Positions 24,932 through 38,157 of a stretch of 64,000 bases of DNA are shown piece after piece. The notes under the pieces are model-generated. The model worked only from the letters and a program-made list of their open reading frames with translations, had not been told where the DNA came from and did not search any database. How positions within the stretch are numbered: the stretch's first letter is position 1; each line of letters opens with the position of its first letter. Source of the DNA: Dictyostelium discoideum (Eukaryota); assembly GCA_000004695.1 (NCBI GenBank), contig CM000152.2, forward strand, positions 832,001 through 896,000, written 5' to 3'. The translations under genes and the position numbers were made by a program.

Positions 24932-25598
24932 CTTTTTTAAATTGTACTGAAACAATAATTAATTGTCAGAATACACTAAATATTTTGAAAATTTTTTATT
25001 GGAGTGAGAAAAAAAAAAAAAAAAAAAAAAATTTTAAAAACGAATTTTTTTTTTTTTTTTTTTTTTTTTATAAAAATAAATTTGAAATAATTTGGTAAAT
25101 AAAAATAAAAATAAAAAAAAAAAAAAAAAAAAAAAACAATTTATACCAAATTTATTCTTATCCTTATCTCAAATTTTTTTTTATGAAACAGGATATAATT
25201 TTGGAAATAATTTGGATTGTTTTTTAAAATAAGATAAAAAAAAAAGTTTTATTTATATATAAAACTTTTTATATTTTTATTTTTAAAAAATGTGGTAAAA
25301 ATTTAGAATTAATTCAGAATGATCTAGGAGAAGATCTTTAAAATTTATATATATAATAATATTTATAAAAAAAAAAAAAAAAAAAAAAACAATTGTTTAT
25401 TTTTTTTATTTTCATTTTATTTTTTTTAATTTTTTTTTATATACAAAAAGAAAATATTCTTTAACTAAAGTTTTTTTTTTTTTTTTTTTTTAAATACAAA
25501 AAAAGAAAATTAATTAATTTTAAAACAATGCAACATTAAATTCCTTATATTCACTGTTTTTTTTGGCAACAAAAATCTTGTGGTTTAAACGAATTTAA

Positions 25599-25630
<32 letters not shown>

Positions 25631-25715
25631 AATTTTTTATTTTTTTTTTTTTTATTTTTTTATTTTTTTTATTTTTTTTTTCGAACGATTAATTAATTAA
25701 AAAATAAAAATAATA

Positions 25716-26660
25716 ATGATAAGAAATAATAATAAATTTTCAAATATTTATAAAAATTGTAAAAGATATTATTGTAATAGTAATACAAATAATGGAAAAC
25801 CAGTTGATTTAGTATTTAATATTCAAAATCCCACAACAACAACGAATGGTGTTGGTAAAAATTTAAATGAAATTAAAAATATAATTATATTACATGGATT
25901 ATTCGGAGCAGGTGGTAATTGGAGATCAGTTTCACCGAAAATTGCAGATTTAACAAATTGTAACGTTATTCAAGTGGATCAAAGAAATCATGGTACAAGT
26001 CCACATAGTGATGAATTTTCCTATAAATTAATGTCTGATGATTTAAATCAGTTAATTAACAAGCAATCAATTGAGGATCTTTGTATCATCGGTCACAGTA
26101 TGGGTGGCAGAGTGGCAATGCTATACTCACTATTGAATCCAACCAAAGTGAAGAAATTGATAGTTGTTGACATCTCACCAAGTGAATTAAAGAGTAATAC
26201 AATTTTAGAATTTAAAGATTACTTGGAACGTATGAAGTCGATGGACTTATCTAAAATTTCAAATAGACGCCAAGCTGAGGACTGGCTAGAACCAGCGGTA
26301 CCAGATAAAGGTGTAAGACTATTCCTATTGACAAATTTGATTTTGGGCGATAATGGTAAATACTTCTGGAGAATGAATATCGATGGTCTTTTAAAAAATA
26401 TCGAAAGTGTATCTTCTTTCCCAAGTGAATCGGAAATTCAGTCTTTAAAAAACTCAACATCACCAGTTCAATACACAAATGATACCCTATTCATTAGTGG
26501 TGGTAAATCAAAATTCATTCAAGATAGGGATTTACCAAAAATTAAACAATTCTTTCCAAATTATAAATTAGAAGTAGTTCCGCATGTTGGTCATTGGATA
26601 CATGCTGAAGATCCAATTAAATTTGTTAATATAGCTTCAAATTTTATAAATAAAAATTAA
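25716..26660 (+). CDS. Alpha/beta-hydrolase fold protein, ABHD11-like
   Basis: A single exon with ATG at 25716. It carries the nucleophile elbow GHSMGG and the catalytic His motif VGHWIHAEDP. The N-terminus is basic and looks like a presequence. Confidence 0.75.
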   Translation: MIRNNNKFSNIYKNCKRYYCNSNTNNGKPVDLVFNIQNPTTTTNGVGKNLNEIKNIIILHGLFGAGGNWRSVSPKIADLTNCNVIQVDQRNHGTSPHSDEFSYKLMSDDLNQLINKQSIEDLCIIGHSMGGRVAMLYSLLNPTKVKKLIVVDISPSELKSNTILEFKDYLERMKSMDLSKISNRRQAEDWLEPAVPDKGVRLFLLTNLILGDNGKYFWRMNIDGLLKNIESVSSFPSESEIQSLKNSTSPVQYTNDTLFISGGKSKFIQDRDLPKIKQFFPNYKLEVVPHVGHWIHAEDPIKFVNIASNFINKN

Positions 26661-27127
26661 ATTATTTTATTTTATTTTATTTTGATTTTTTTTTTTTTTT
26701 TTTTGTTTAATTAAATTATTTAGAAAAAAAAAAAAAAAAAAAAAATTAATTTTAAAACAAAAAAAAATGTTATCTTTTAATCTTTTTTGTTCCCAATTTG
26801 AAAAGGGTCGTGATCAAAAATTCTTTGCAGACCCAAACTGTTTTTCAAGTAAAAAAACTTTTTTTTTTTTTTTTTTTTTTTGTTTTTTCAAAATTAAAAA
26901 AAAAAAAAAAAAAAAATTAAAAAAAAAAATCAACAATTATCTAGACACTACCACCAATCACTTTTTAATTTATACCTTTTTTTTTTTTTTTCCATTTTAT
27001 TTGTGTATTTTTTTTCTTTAATAAAATTCTAAAAATAATTTTTAAAATAAAAAAAAAAAAAAAAAAAGTGGTTTCACATATTATTATTTCTAATAATAGT
27101 AATATTAGATTGTAAACAAGACTTAAA

Positions 27128-27300
27128 ATGTCTAGTTTTTTATCAACACCAACCCCCAACTCTTTAACCCACTCAACATCAACTGAAGAAATTTATAAAA
27201 AAAATTCTTTTTGTACAATATTTGAAAAACAGTTATGGAGGAGTGATAGATGTAAACACTGTTTTAAAACAGAATTCCAACATTCTGTAAACATTTCAAG
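27128..27300 (+). CDS. Candidate 5' exon of the RhoGEF/RhoGAP gene (58 codons)
   Basis: ATG at 27128 opens MSSFLSTPTPNSLTHSTSTEEIYKKNSFCTIFEKQLWRSDRCKHCFKTEFQHSVNIS. A GTAATT donor is at 27301 in phase 2. The main ORF downstream has no in-frame ATG between the stop at 27921 and 28434, and phase 2 joins correctly to the acceptor aataatag| at 27949. The model is tentative. Confidence 0.35.
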
Positions 27301-27949
27301 GTAATTAATATTTTTATTAATTTTTTTTTTTTTTTTTTTTAAGAAAAACAAATTAAAAAAAAAAAAAAGAAAAACAAAAAAAAAAACAAAAAAAAAAAAA
27401 AAATCTATAAAAAGAATAATAGATAATACCAATTTTAAATATATACTCTTTTTATTTTTATTTTTTTTTTTTTCTTGCATTTGTTATTGTTATTTTTCTC
27501 ACCCTTTCAATTTTGTTGATTTACAACAAAAGTTTGGAAAACCAGCCTTTTTTGTTTTTCCTTAATGCAAAAAGAAAAAGAAAAAGAAAAAAAGAAAATA
27601 ATGTTAAAATCTATTGTAATATAAATAGATTTTAAAATTTTGATTGTAATATGTTTTTCCAAAAAAAAAAAAAAAGATAGCGATAACGATAATTGTAGCG
27701 TTATTTATCACATCAATTTATAAAAATCTCACACACATACCCACCCACCATTTATAATAAATAATATTTTTTTTTTTTTTTACTAGCAAATCCATGCTAC
27801 AACTACCACCCATTTAAAAAATATACTACAAAAATTATATTTTTTCTCACACTTACACACACACATTTTAAAATTCTTTTTTACTAATTTCGTTTTCTAT
27901 ATATAAAATAATAATAATAATAAATATATAATAATAATAATAATAATAG

Positions 27950-28254
27950 ATTTAATGAAAATGTTCCCAACAATAATGAAATAAGTGAAATAACAACTGA
28001 TAACATTAATAATAATAATAATCATAATCATAATAATACATCATCAACAACCAACACAACTGCCATATCAACACCAACACCAAAAAATAATATTAGTAAC
28101 AATAATCCATATCTTAATAATTTAAAAAATATTAATAATAATAATAATAATAACAATAACTCTCCATTAACTCCAACTAAAATAAATAAAAATATTAGTA
28201 ATAGTAATAGTAATAGTAATAGTAATAGTAATAGTAATAGTAATAGTAATAGTA

Positions 28255-28331
<77 letters not shown>

Positions 28332-28672
28332 GTTTCAAATTCAGGACCAACATCACCATCAACATCACCAAATAGAAAAACAAATAGTGTAGTTCCATCA
28401 GTTGAAAGAGCACCATTATCAATCAGAAGATCATTGACACCAAAGGCTATTGAACAATTTTCAAGACAAATTTCATCACAACTATTGGTGTCTGAACCAT
28501 TATCATTACCACCACAAACCATTATAAATAATATAAATAAACAAACTCAAAAACCTAAACCACCTCCACTTCCAACTAAAAATTTTCAATTGGAAACAAC
28601 ACCAACTTTTTCATCAACTGTAACAACACCCGATACAACAAGTCCAACTTTATCTTCATTTTCATTAGATCC

Positions 28673-28703
<31 letters not shown>

Positions 28704-31604
28704 TCTGTGAGCCCAACTTCATCTACACCAACGCCAACACCAACATTAACAACAACAAATTCATCAAATAGACAAACTACAATAATTTCTCCAGTTTTAT
28801 TAGCAATTAGTGAATATCCACCACCAATTTCACCAACTAGACAAATGAGATCTCATTCAGATAGTCCATCTGATTATAATGCTACCATTAATGGTAGTAG
28901 TGGTAGTGTTAGTAATATAAATAATAGTAGTATTAGTATTGCAAGTAGTAATAGTAGTATATCAAGTAATACTAGTAGTAGTAGTAGTGGTACATCATCA
29001 AATAATAGTAGACCAATTAATATTTCAAATTCAAATTTAATTTATGAGAAAAAACATACAAGAAATTCAAGTGGTGGTTCACCATTTTTATCAGGTAGTT
29101 CATCATCACCAACTAATTCATCACCATTATTACCATCACAAGCACCTTCATCAAAAGTAATCAATAATTTAAATACTGGTAACAATAATAACAGTAGTGT
29201 TTCAAGTGGTTCACCAAGAAAATATTCAATTTTCGTTGGTAAATCAAATAAATCAAAATTAAATATTAATAATTCACAATTTAATAATAATAGTACACCA
29301 AATTTACCAACATCCAAAAGACCACTTTCAACTGTACCATCTTTAAAATCAACATCATTTCCAAATGTTGCTGATGCATTTTCAACATTAAATAATAATA
29401 ATAATAATAATACTAATATTAATAATAATAATCAACTTAATAATAGTTCAAATACTTTGTATAATAATAATAATAATAATTATAATTATAATATTAATAA
29501 TTATAATAATGAAGAACAAAATAAAATTTATTTAGCAATAAATTCAATACTTTTATCATTACCAAATATAAATAATTTAGCAGTTCAACAAATGATGGAA
29601 ATTTTATATAATCAACATTTAGATTTAGATAGTAATACAACATTGATAAAGAATGATAAAATGAATGAATTATGTAAGGCTACACAAACTTTACAACAAT
29701 GGATTGAGAGACAAGATCATTTACGTGATGTTATTAGAGTTCAAAGTTGTGTTAGAAGATTCTTATCAAAACGTAGAACTGAATGGTTATCACAAGTTTA
29801 TAATCATTCAATACTTCGTGATAGAAATCAAGAGTTTAGAGGTTTAATCCAATTGGAGCGTAGATACAATGAAAAGTTAGACATTACAATCAACACCTAT
29901 TACAAACGATTAAAACATTCCAATCTATTGAATCGTATGGATTTGCAATCGATTTTCTCCTCAATTAAGCAGATTTATTATGTTCATAAAAGAATTTCAC
30001 TACAATTTGAAGAGTTGTTTAAAAAATGGCCATGTGTTGAGGGATTGGGTGATATTTTCCTTAGAATCGCACCAGAGTTGAGAGTATATGGTGGCTATGT
30101 TAAAAACTTTAAAAATGCAATCGATACTTTAATTTCATGTCAAGAGGAGAATCCAAAGTTTGGTGCTTTCTTAAGAGAACTATGTGAAGATACTCCTGGT
30201 AAAGTTTATGATTTAATGGCATTAATCGCTGCACCATTAAATCATTTAACTGGTTATGAACGTCAATTATTTAACATAGCACTTTATACACCTCAAAATT
30301 GGCCAGATTATGTAAACATTGTAAACGCAGTAACAATGATGAAAGAAGTTGAAACTCTCATTCAAGATTCATTAGGTCAAGCTCAAAATGCTTCAACTCT
30401 AATGGCAATCTATCGTAGAGTTAATAATAGAAAAGCATTGGATCCATTCGTCATACCTGGTAGAATTTTCATACATGAGGGTAAATTACTTAAATTTGAA
30501 TTAAAAAAACAAGATCAAATCTATTATTATTATCTTTGTAATGATTTAATTCTATTTGTAAAGAATAGCAATGGTAGTGGTAATAATATTAATATTGGTG
30601 GTAGTGGTGGTAGTGGTAGTGGTTCGAATGATCAACAGCTATCATCATCAAGAGAATTATTTAAATTTAAAAAATTATTCATGTTATCAGATGTTGTTGT
30701 AACAGATTTACAAGATACTTCAACTCATAAAAATATCATTTCAATTGTAAATCAAAATAATTCACGTGAATCCTATTGTTTCTCAATTGAAGATTCAAGA
30801 GAGAAAAAAGAATTAATGAAACAATTCTCTGCACTATGTTGTACAACCAATACAAACAAGTCCACTAAAATCTTTGGTATATCATTATTTGATTTGGCTC
30901 AAAGAGAAGATGATATTGTTTTAAATTCAAATGGTGGCATACCAATTTTCATCATTAAAACTTGTAATGCTATACTTCAACATCATTTAAATGATGAGGG
31001 TATATTCAGAGTTTCACCAAATCAAAGTGAATTAGAGTCAATTAGGGACCAATTAAATAAATGTGCAACCGAATCTCAATTGGATACGATTATCGCTAAA
31101 ATTAGTAACGGTCATCAATTGGCGGCCCTATTGAAATCTTATTTCAGAGAATTGGCAATACCATTGTTAACCTTTGAATTATTTGATAAGATCATTGAAC
31201 AATTTGGTGATAATGATGATAGTTCAACCGCTGAAAATGTTGAAAATCATATCAATGATGTCAAATCCCTCCTTCAATCAATTCCACAAGTTAATCAAAA
31301 CACATTCCAATTGATTCTATTATTATTGGTCACCGTTGCTGCAAACTCTCAAAATAACAAAATGAATCATATCAATCTTTCAATTGTTTTCACTCCAAAT
31401 CTTTTAAAACCAAAAATTCCAACAATTGAACAATCTCTTAGAATTCCAATTTTAAATAACTTTATAACTTCATTATTAGATAATTACTCATTACTTTATA
31501 ATGATAAATTGGATTCAATTAAAATTATTGACTCAAAATTTCATTTCAAAAAAATATTACCAAATAATAATATTAATAACAGTGGTTTTAGAAATAATTT
31601 ATAA
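27950..31604 (+). CDS. RhoGEF (DH domain) + RhoGAP dual-domain signalling protein (main exon)
   Basis: A continuous ORF. The ORF track starts at TTG 28434, but the frame is open from 27924. It has a Ser/Asn-rich N-terminus, an IQ-like motif (IRVQSCVRRFLSKRR), a DH domain (LRELCEDTPGKVYDLMALIAAPLNHLTGYERQL...) and a RhoGAP domain with an Arg finger (GIFRVSPNQSELESIRDQL...LSIVFTPNLL). Confidence 0.75.
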
Positions 31605-31832
31605 AAATAAAATAAAATAAATGAAAAAAAAACAAATAATAAAAAATTGTAATATATATTTATAAAAAAAAACTACTTGTAATTTATTGGTTCTTTTCTT
31701 TTTAAAAAATGGCTTTTTGGATTGGTAAGAAAATCCATTTTTTTTTTTAAAAAAAGGGTTTGGACTAAAATTTTTTTTTTTCTATTTTAAATTCTTTTTC
31801 TCTGGTTGTCATTAAAATTATAATAAAAAAAA

Positions 31833-32413
31833 ATGAATAAAATTTTATCATTGGTTTTATTTGCTTCAGTTTTGGGTAAATAAAAACCTATGTGAAACTA
31901 CAAATTGTTTTCAAAATAAAATTAAAGAAACATGGTCTTTGACCAGAAAACCAAGATGGAAGTTATCCTTCATTTTGTTAAGGCCCATCATTTAATGCTA
32001 AAGATATTGAAAATCTAAATGATCAATTAGAAGTTGATTGAATTTCCCTAACAGAAACAAATGAAAATATTTGGTCAAGTGAGTTTTCAAAACAAGGCAC
32101 ATGTGCAATTGAAAGCGATAGTTTAGTTAATGGTACATTTTCTTATTTCCAAGCAGGAGTAAATTTACATCAAAAATTAAATTTAACCCAAGCTTTGGAA
32201 AATGAAAATATTTATCCATCTTCAAAATTAATCTCTGCATCAAGTATTGCTAATGCTTTCAAAAATCAATTCTGTGGTAACCAGGAATGGGATGTGAACA
32301 TTCTAAAATTTCCACTATTGCTATGTGTATTACTAAAGATCTCTCACTAATGGATTACCCAGATTTACATGGTTGGTCTTGTGATGGTGATGTTATACTT
32401 CCATCAAGTTATT
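31833..32413 (+). pseudogene. RNase T2-family ribonuclease pseudogene
   Basis: An ATG plus signal peptide (MNKILSLVLFASVLGK) runs straight into a stop. The rest shifts by one frame and reads KLKKHGL*PENQDGSYPSFC*...VD*ISL...IWSSEFSKQGTCA, which recalls CAS I (HGLWP) and CAS II (W.HEW.KHGTC). Both conserved Trp codons are TGA, and the CAS II His residues are replaced by S and Q. Confidence 0.6.
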
Positions 32414-33176
32414 AAATATTTCTTAAAAAGTAAAAATTAAAAAATTAAATCTTTTTTTTTTTTTAAATTAATTTATCTATATCAAAATTTTTAAATTTCA
32501 AATCATATTATACTTTTTTAAAAAAAAAAAAAATTTAAAAATATATTAAATTAAACAAAACATAAAAAAGTGAATATTTAAAATAATGGAAAATAATTAA
32601 AAAATATTTATTTGTGAACTACCACTATTTTTAACTTTACAAAATTTAAAAATATCTATCATAAATATTAAATAGAAAGATCCTTAATTAAAACTTTTTA
32701 TTTTATTTTTTTACAAAAATTAAATACCATTTCTTAAAATTAATTATTCAAAAATACAATTTTTTACCATTATTTAATTTTTAAAAAAAATCTGAAATTA
32801 TTGAAAGACTGATATTTTAATGTATAGAAAAAAATACCAAATAATATCTTACAAAATTAAAATGAATGGGGTAAAAAACAAAAAAAAATTGTGGTTAAAT
32901 ATAAATTGGATACCACTTTTAATTATTGGAATTTTAAACAAATAACAAAAATAATAATAATATTTATTTAAATAATTTTTTAAATATTTATATATATAAA
33001 ACAATTAAGCATATCTTTAAAAAAAAATAGTTTTTTTTTTTAAAAGATTTTAATTAATAATACTGGTAATAAGATAAAATTAATTTTTGCTTTGACTTAT
33101 TAATTGTATAAATAACTAATAAAAAATATATATTTAGGGAAATAATAATTATTAAAAATTATTTAAAAAATACAAA

Positions 33177-33611
33177 ATGAAATATTTAATTACAGTTTTA
33201 TTACTATTATTTGTTGTTAGCCTTGGTTCTTCTTATCAATGTGGTTATTATTCATGTACACCTGGTCATACTTGTACAAATAGTGACGGTGAATTTAAAT
33301 GTGTATACAATAAAGATGAATTAATTATTTCCCAAATTGTTACAAATAGTTGGTATGATCCTACTAATGGTGTAAGTGTTCAAGTTTTAGCAAATGTTAT
33401 TAATCATACACATCGTACTATAAAAAATGTAATTATTGCATCTGATGTGAAATTGAACAATCATCAAATTTGGGGTGCTAAAATAAATGGTTTTTTAATT
33501 GATTTTCCTGATTATGTTACAATTGCACCAGGTAAAAACTATACATTTGGTTATATTAGTTATGGAGTTAATGCTGCTCATCTTTGGGTCCAACGTGTAA
33601 ACAGTGTTTAA
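33177..33611 (+). CDS. Small secreted Cys-rich protein, paralogue family member 1 (most divergent)
   Basis: ATG, a signal peptide MKYLITVLLLLFVVSLGSS, then YQCG.Y.C.PGHTC...FKCVY and the shared C-terminal motif QIWGA..NGF...IAPGK.Y.FGYI....AAHLWVQ. Confidence 0.7.
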   Translation: MKYLITVLLLLFVVSLGSSYQCGYYSCTPGHTCTNSDGEFKCVYNKDELIISQIVTNSWYDPTNGVSVQVLANVINHTHRTIKNVIIASDVKLNNHQIWGAKINGFLIDFPDYVTIAPGKNYTFGYISYGVNAAHLWVQRVNSV

Positions 33612-34012
33612 ACATTTTTATTTAAATTATAAAATAAACTCATTATTAGTATATGTTTGTTAATAAAACTTATTACCTCGTGAGTAATTATTCATTTATT
33701 ATTAAAATAAAAACAAGTTTATATTCTCCAATACTATCTAAATTTATTTTTATTTTTTTTTACAAAAAATAAAATAAAAAAAAAAAAAAAAAAAAAAAAC
33801 TGTGGTTGTATAAGATTTAATAGATATTTGTGTATTTATATTATTTTTTATTGCATTTGACTAAACTTTATTTAATTAAAAAAAAAAAAAAAATAAAAAA
33901 AAATAAAAAATGGAAATTAAAAGAAGTATAAAACTATAATTTTCTTTTCTTAAATTTTACATTAACCATTAAATTCAATATTTTTTGTATAAACAAAAAT
34001 AGTAAAAGAAAA

Positions 34013-34453
34013 ATGAAATATTTAATTGCAATTTTATTAGCATTATTAGCTATTAGTGTTACTTCTGCTCATTACCAATGTGGTAGATATGCTTGTTTAC
34101 CAGGTCATACTTGTATTTGTGATAATGGTGTTTTCAAATGTGTTTATGTTTGTGATGAATTGATTATCACTCAAACTGTAACCGAAAGTTGGGTTGACGG
34201 TGCTGATGGTCCAAGTGTTAAAGTTGAAGTTGAAGCATATAATCATACACCACATACTATTAAAGATATTGTTATTGCCACTGATGCAAAATTAAATGCT
34301 GGTCAAATTTGGGGTGCTCAACTAAATGGTTTCTTTTTGAATATGGCTAGTTATGTTTCAATTGCTCCAGGTCAAACTCACAAATTTGGTTATATCAACA
34401 AAGGTGATCATGCTGCTCGTCTCTGGGTTCAAAACATTTATATCTCAAAATAG
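34013..34453 (+). CDS. Small secreted Cys-rich protein, paralogue family member 2
   Basis: A 146-aa protein, MKYLIAILLALLAISVTSAHYQCGRYACLPGHTCICDNGVFKCVYVCDEL... It is 80-90% identical to the two minus-strand copies at 48882 and 49959. Confidence 0.8.
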   Translation: MKYLIAILLALLAISVTSAHYQCGRYACLPGHTCICDNGVFKCVYVCDELIITQTVTESWVDGADGPSVKVEVEAYNHTPHTIKDIVIATDAKLNAGQIWGAQLNGFFLNMASYVSIAPGQTHKFGYINKGDHAARLWVQNIYISK

Positions 34454-34713
34454 AGATATAAATACTAAACATTATGACAAAATCAATTTAAAAAATAAAA
34501 AAAACATATTTTTTTAAAAGGTTTATTAATAAAACTTGGATTTGGATTTATTATTTATTATTATTATTTTATAATCGAGACACATTTATTAAAGGTTGGT
34601 TACGTTTTGATTTTAATGTTTTGTTTTGTTTTGTTGTTGTTTTTATAATTTATTTAAAGATATATATATACATTCCTAAAGTTTTTTTTTTTTTTTTTTT
34701 TTTTTTAATTTTA

Positions 34714-35618
34714 TCATTCATCATTATGATATTCTCTTAAAACTTTATGAAGATTAGAATTTTTTGATAATAATTTATAACCTCTATTTAATTCAGAGAT
34801 GATAATGGAAAGATTTGGCCTATTGACAACCCTAGCTAAATTATGAGTTGTTTCAAAAGGATCTTCAATACTGAACCAATAATGACTTTTCTTTGCGATT
34901 GATTCCCAAGTTTTTGAGGATTTTTGAATTGGACTACCAGTACGAATTGAGACTACTTGATTCATGAAACTGAATTCTCTTGAGTAAGTTTGAAAGAAAT
35001 GAAAGACCAAAGAACCCAAAGTCTCTTTATTGTCACTACCAAATCCAACCAATTTACTAATGTCATTATAATATTTACAGTTGAAGCCATCGACCATAAC
35101 ATCGGGTAATAGGTCACCATACTCCTTACCATTGATAAGCTTTGGACCATTTGCCAACTCTTGTAAACATGGTAATATTGGTGGTTGACGAGTTTGAAGA
35201 AAACTAATTACCAAATTAATGTAAGCATACGATGACAATGTGCCCAACGAAGGTTCATTGATCTTTCTTCTCTTTGCCCATCTTTTTACAACATAAACCA
35301 ATGGTTTCATTCTTTCATCGATCATTGAATAATCTTGAACCAATCTAGTGTTATAGATTGCCAATCTATTGTTCATACAAATATCACATGATAAACCAGT
35401 GTTTGGATCCTTAAATTTAACGATTGGTACACGTGCTGTTGGAATTGCCAATATCTTTTGAAATCCATTAATCTTTAACATCTCTGCCAATCTCTCTATA
35501 ATTACATCGGATGTACCCTCTGATGATTGATCAATCACCATACAAATGTCAATATCACCATTCTTTAATGACATACCATTTGCACTTGATCCAAATAAAT
35601 GTAATTTAACTCCTGAAT
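34714..35618 (-). CDS. Non-canonical poly(A) polymerase (Cid1/GLD-2 family), exon 2/2 (catalytic and PAP-associated domains)
   Basis: Acceptor aaatttag|ATTCAGG. It encodes NSGVKLHLFGSSANGMSLKNGDIDICMVI (a Pol-beta NTase hG[GS] ... D.D motif). The central domain has a third Asp, and the PAP/OAS1 substrate-binding region follows (...YAYINLVISFLQ...). Confidence 0.75.
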
Positions 35619-35712
35619 CTAAATTTTATTTATTTATTTATTTATTTATAAATAACATTGTTAATATATTTATAAATGGTAAATTATTATTATTTTAAAG
35701 AATCAAACTTAC

Positions 35713-36773
35713 TTGGAAATATCTTTGAAACTAAATTTTGTAAACGAATTAATAAACTTTTGCCTCTATTTTCTTCACATTTTGATTTTTCAAAGATATC
35801 AAAAGCATGACTTGTAATTTCTTTTATTTTTTCTTCAGATGGTTTTGGTAAGAGTGGTCTCTTCTTTTCAATCTTTTTCTTTGCTTTTTCAATCTCTTCT
35901 TCATCATCCTCTTCGCCAACTGTATTTATTGATTCTTCAGTTGTTGTTGTTGTTGTTGTTGTTGTTGTTGAAGTTTGAGTAGAGGTTGCATCTTGGTGTT
36001 GATGATAATCATTACTATCAAAATTAATGTTTACATTACCATCTGCTGAATCATCCAATAATGAATTAATTCTGTCATGAATTGATAATGATTCCAATGA
36101 CAATGATTCAACCATACCATTATTTTCACCACTATTACTAATATTACCATTATTATTATTATTGTTATTCATCATCATCATCATTAACATTTGATTATGC
36201 TGTTGTTGGCTATGATTCAAGAAATTATTATTATTACCGCTATTTATTAAACCATTCTCTAATTTAAATAATATACTTTCTTCGTTATTATTATTATTAT
36301 TATTATTATTGTTGTTGTTGTTATTAAAATTTTGATGATCAAAGTTTGGCTGATATTGTTGATGTTGTGCCTGTTGGAGAATATTCATATTAAGTGGGTG
36401 TGGATGCTGTTGGTGATGTAACATTTGCATATGTTGCTGCTGTTGTTGCTGTTGCTGTTGTTGGAGTAACAATTGCTGCTGTTGTTGTTGTTGCTGTTGT
36501 TGCTGCTGCTGTTGGAATTGAATAAATTGCATAATATTTGGTGGTTGACCTGCCCCTCCATTAAAGTTTCCAAATGGTATTGTTTGATGATTATTTTTTG
36601 ATGGTGTATTATAACCCATTGAAGATGGAGGTGGTGGTGGTGAAGAAGGAGGTATACCACCACCACCCATTTGATGTGATGGTGATAATGGTCCATCATA
36701 ATTATGATATCCATTGGCACCATTTGAAAATAGATGATTTTGATCAATTTCATCATTATTACTATTATTATTA

Positions 36774-36827
<54 letters not shown>

Positions 36828-37728
36828 GTGGCACCTCTTAAAGAACCAAACATATCTTCAAATTGATTTGAACCAACACCTATAGAACCATTTAAAAATG
36901 AAGCACTATTACTATTGATATTTTGTTGTAATTGTTGTAATGGTGATAATTGAGTAATGTCATTGTTTCCATTGAATAATTGATGATGGTGATGGTGATG
37001 ATGAATATTAGTACCTAATAAATTAGCACCTCCAAACATTGTTGATGACCAATCTGAAAAGAATGGATAATTAAAAAATGAACCTTGGTCATTAACCCCA
37101 ATACTACCATTATTGAGTTCATTGTTATTTTTATTATTAACATTATTATTATTATTATTATTATTATTAGCACCATTGTTAATACCATTACCATTGAATT
37201 GAAATTCTGGTAATAATGATCTTTGTTGTTGTTGTTGCTGCTGTAACTGTCTTTGTTGTAATAAAAATAATTGCTGTTGCTGTTGTTGTTGTTGCTGCTG
37301 TTGAATCATTTGCATATGTTGTAAATGTTGGTATTGCATGAAATCAAGATTATTGGATTGTTCAATTCCATCTTCATATATATAATTACCATCATCATTA
37401 ATATTATTATTATTATTATTTTCATTATCGAATTGATTATTTATATTACTATTACCACCATTAATAGTATTATTATTAATATTATTATTATTATTATTAA
37501 TATTATTATTATTATTATTGTTGTTGTTGTTGTTGTTGTTGTTACTAACTATATGACCCACCTCATTACCATTGTTAGTGTTAATATTGTTATTAATATT
37601 ATTAATATTATTATTATTAATATTATTATTATTAATATTATTATTATTATTTTGAATGTGGTGATCTTTTTTAGTTTTTGGTTGGTATGTAAAGTTGCTA
37701 TTGTTTTGGGTATTATTGTGATGGTGGC

Positions 37729-37791
<63 letters not shown>

Positions 37792-38080
37792 TATTATTAT
37801 TATTATTATTACTGTTGTTGTTATTATTATTATTGTTATTATTATTATTATTGTTATTATGATGGTGATGATAATGATGATTGTGGTGATTATTCTTTTT
37901 ATGGTGGGAATTATTATTACCATTATTGATGTCATTTGGATTGTCTACACCATTTTGGTTATTTTTATTGTTGTTATTATTGTTATTATTGTTATTGTTA
38001 TTATTATTATTTTTATAGTGGTGATGCTTTTTATTATTGTGAACAACACCACTGCCACCAGAACTATTAGGATTACTCAT
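35713..38080 (-). CDS. Non-canonical poly(A) polymerase / terminal nucleotidyltransferase (Cid1/GLD-2/TUTase family), exon 1/2 (~790-aa N/Q/H-rich low-complexity N-terminus)
   Basis: ATG at 38080 on the minus strand. It contains huge poly-N, poly-Q and His-rich tracts and ends ...LIRLQNLVSKIFP in phase 1 at a GTAAGT donor. Confidence 0.7.
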
Positions 38081-38118
38081 TTTTTGTTCTGGCTGGGTCT
38101 TTTTTTTTCTTTTTGAAT

Positions 38119-38157
<39 letters not shown>

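Noticed and set aside
37325-38116. Plus-strand poly-Ile ORF (263 aa), with minus ORFs 36385..36834 and 37549..37935
   Set aside because: These are alternative or antisense frames of the Asn/Gln/His-rich exon of the poly(A) polymerase gene.
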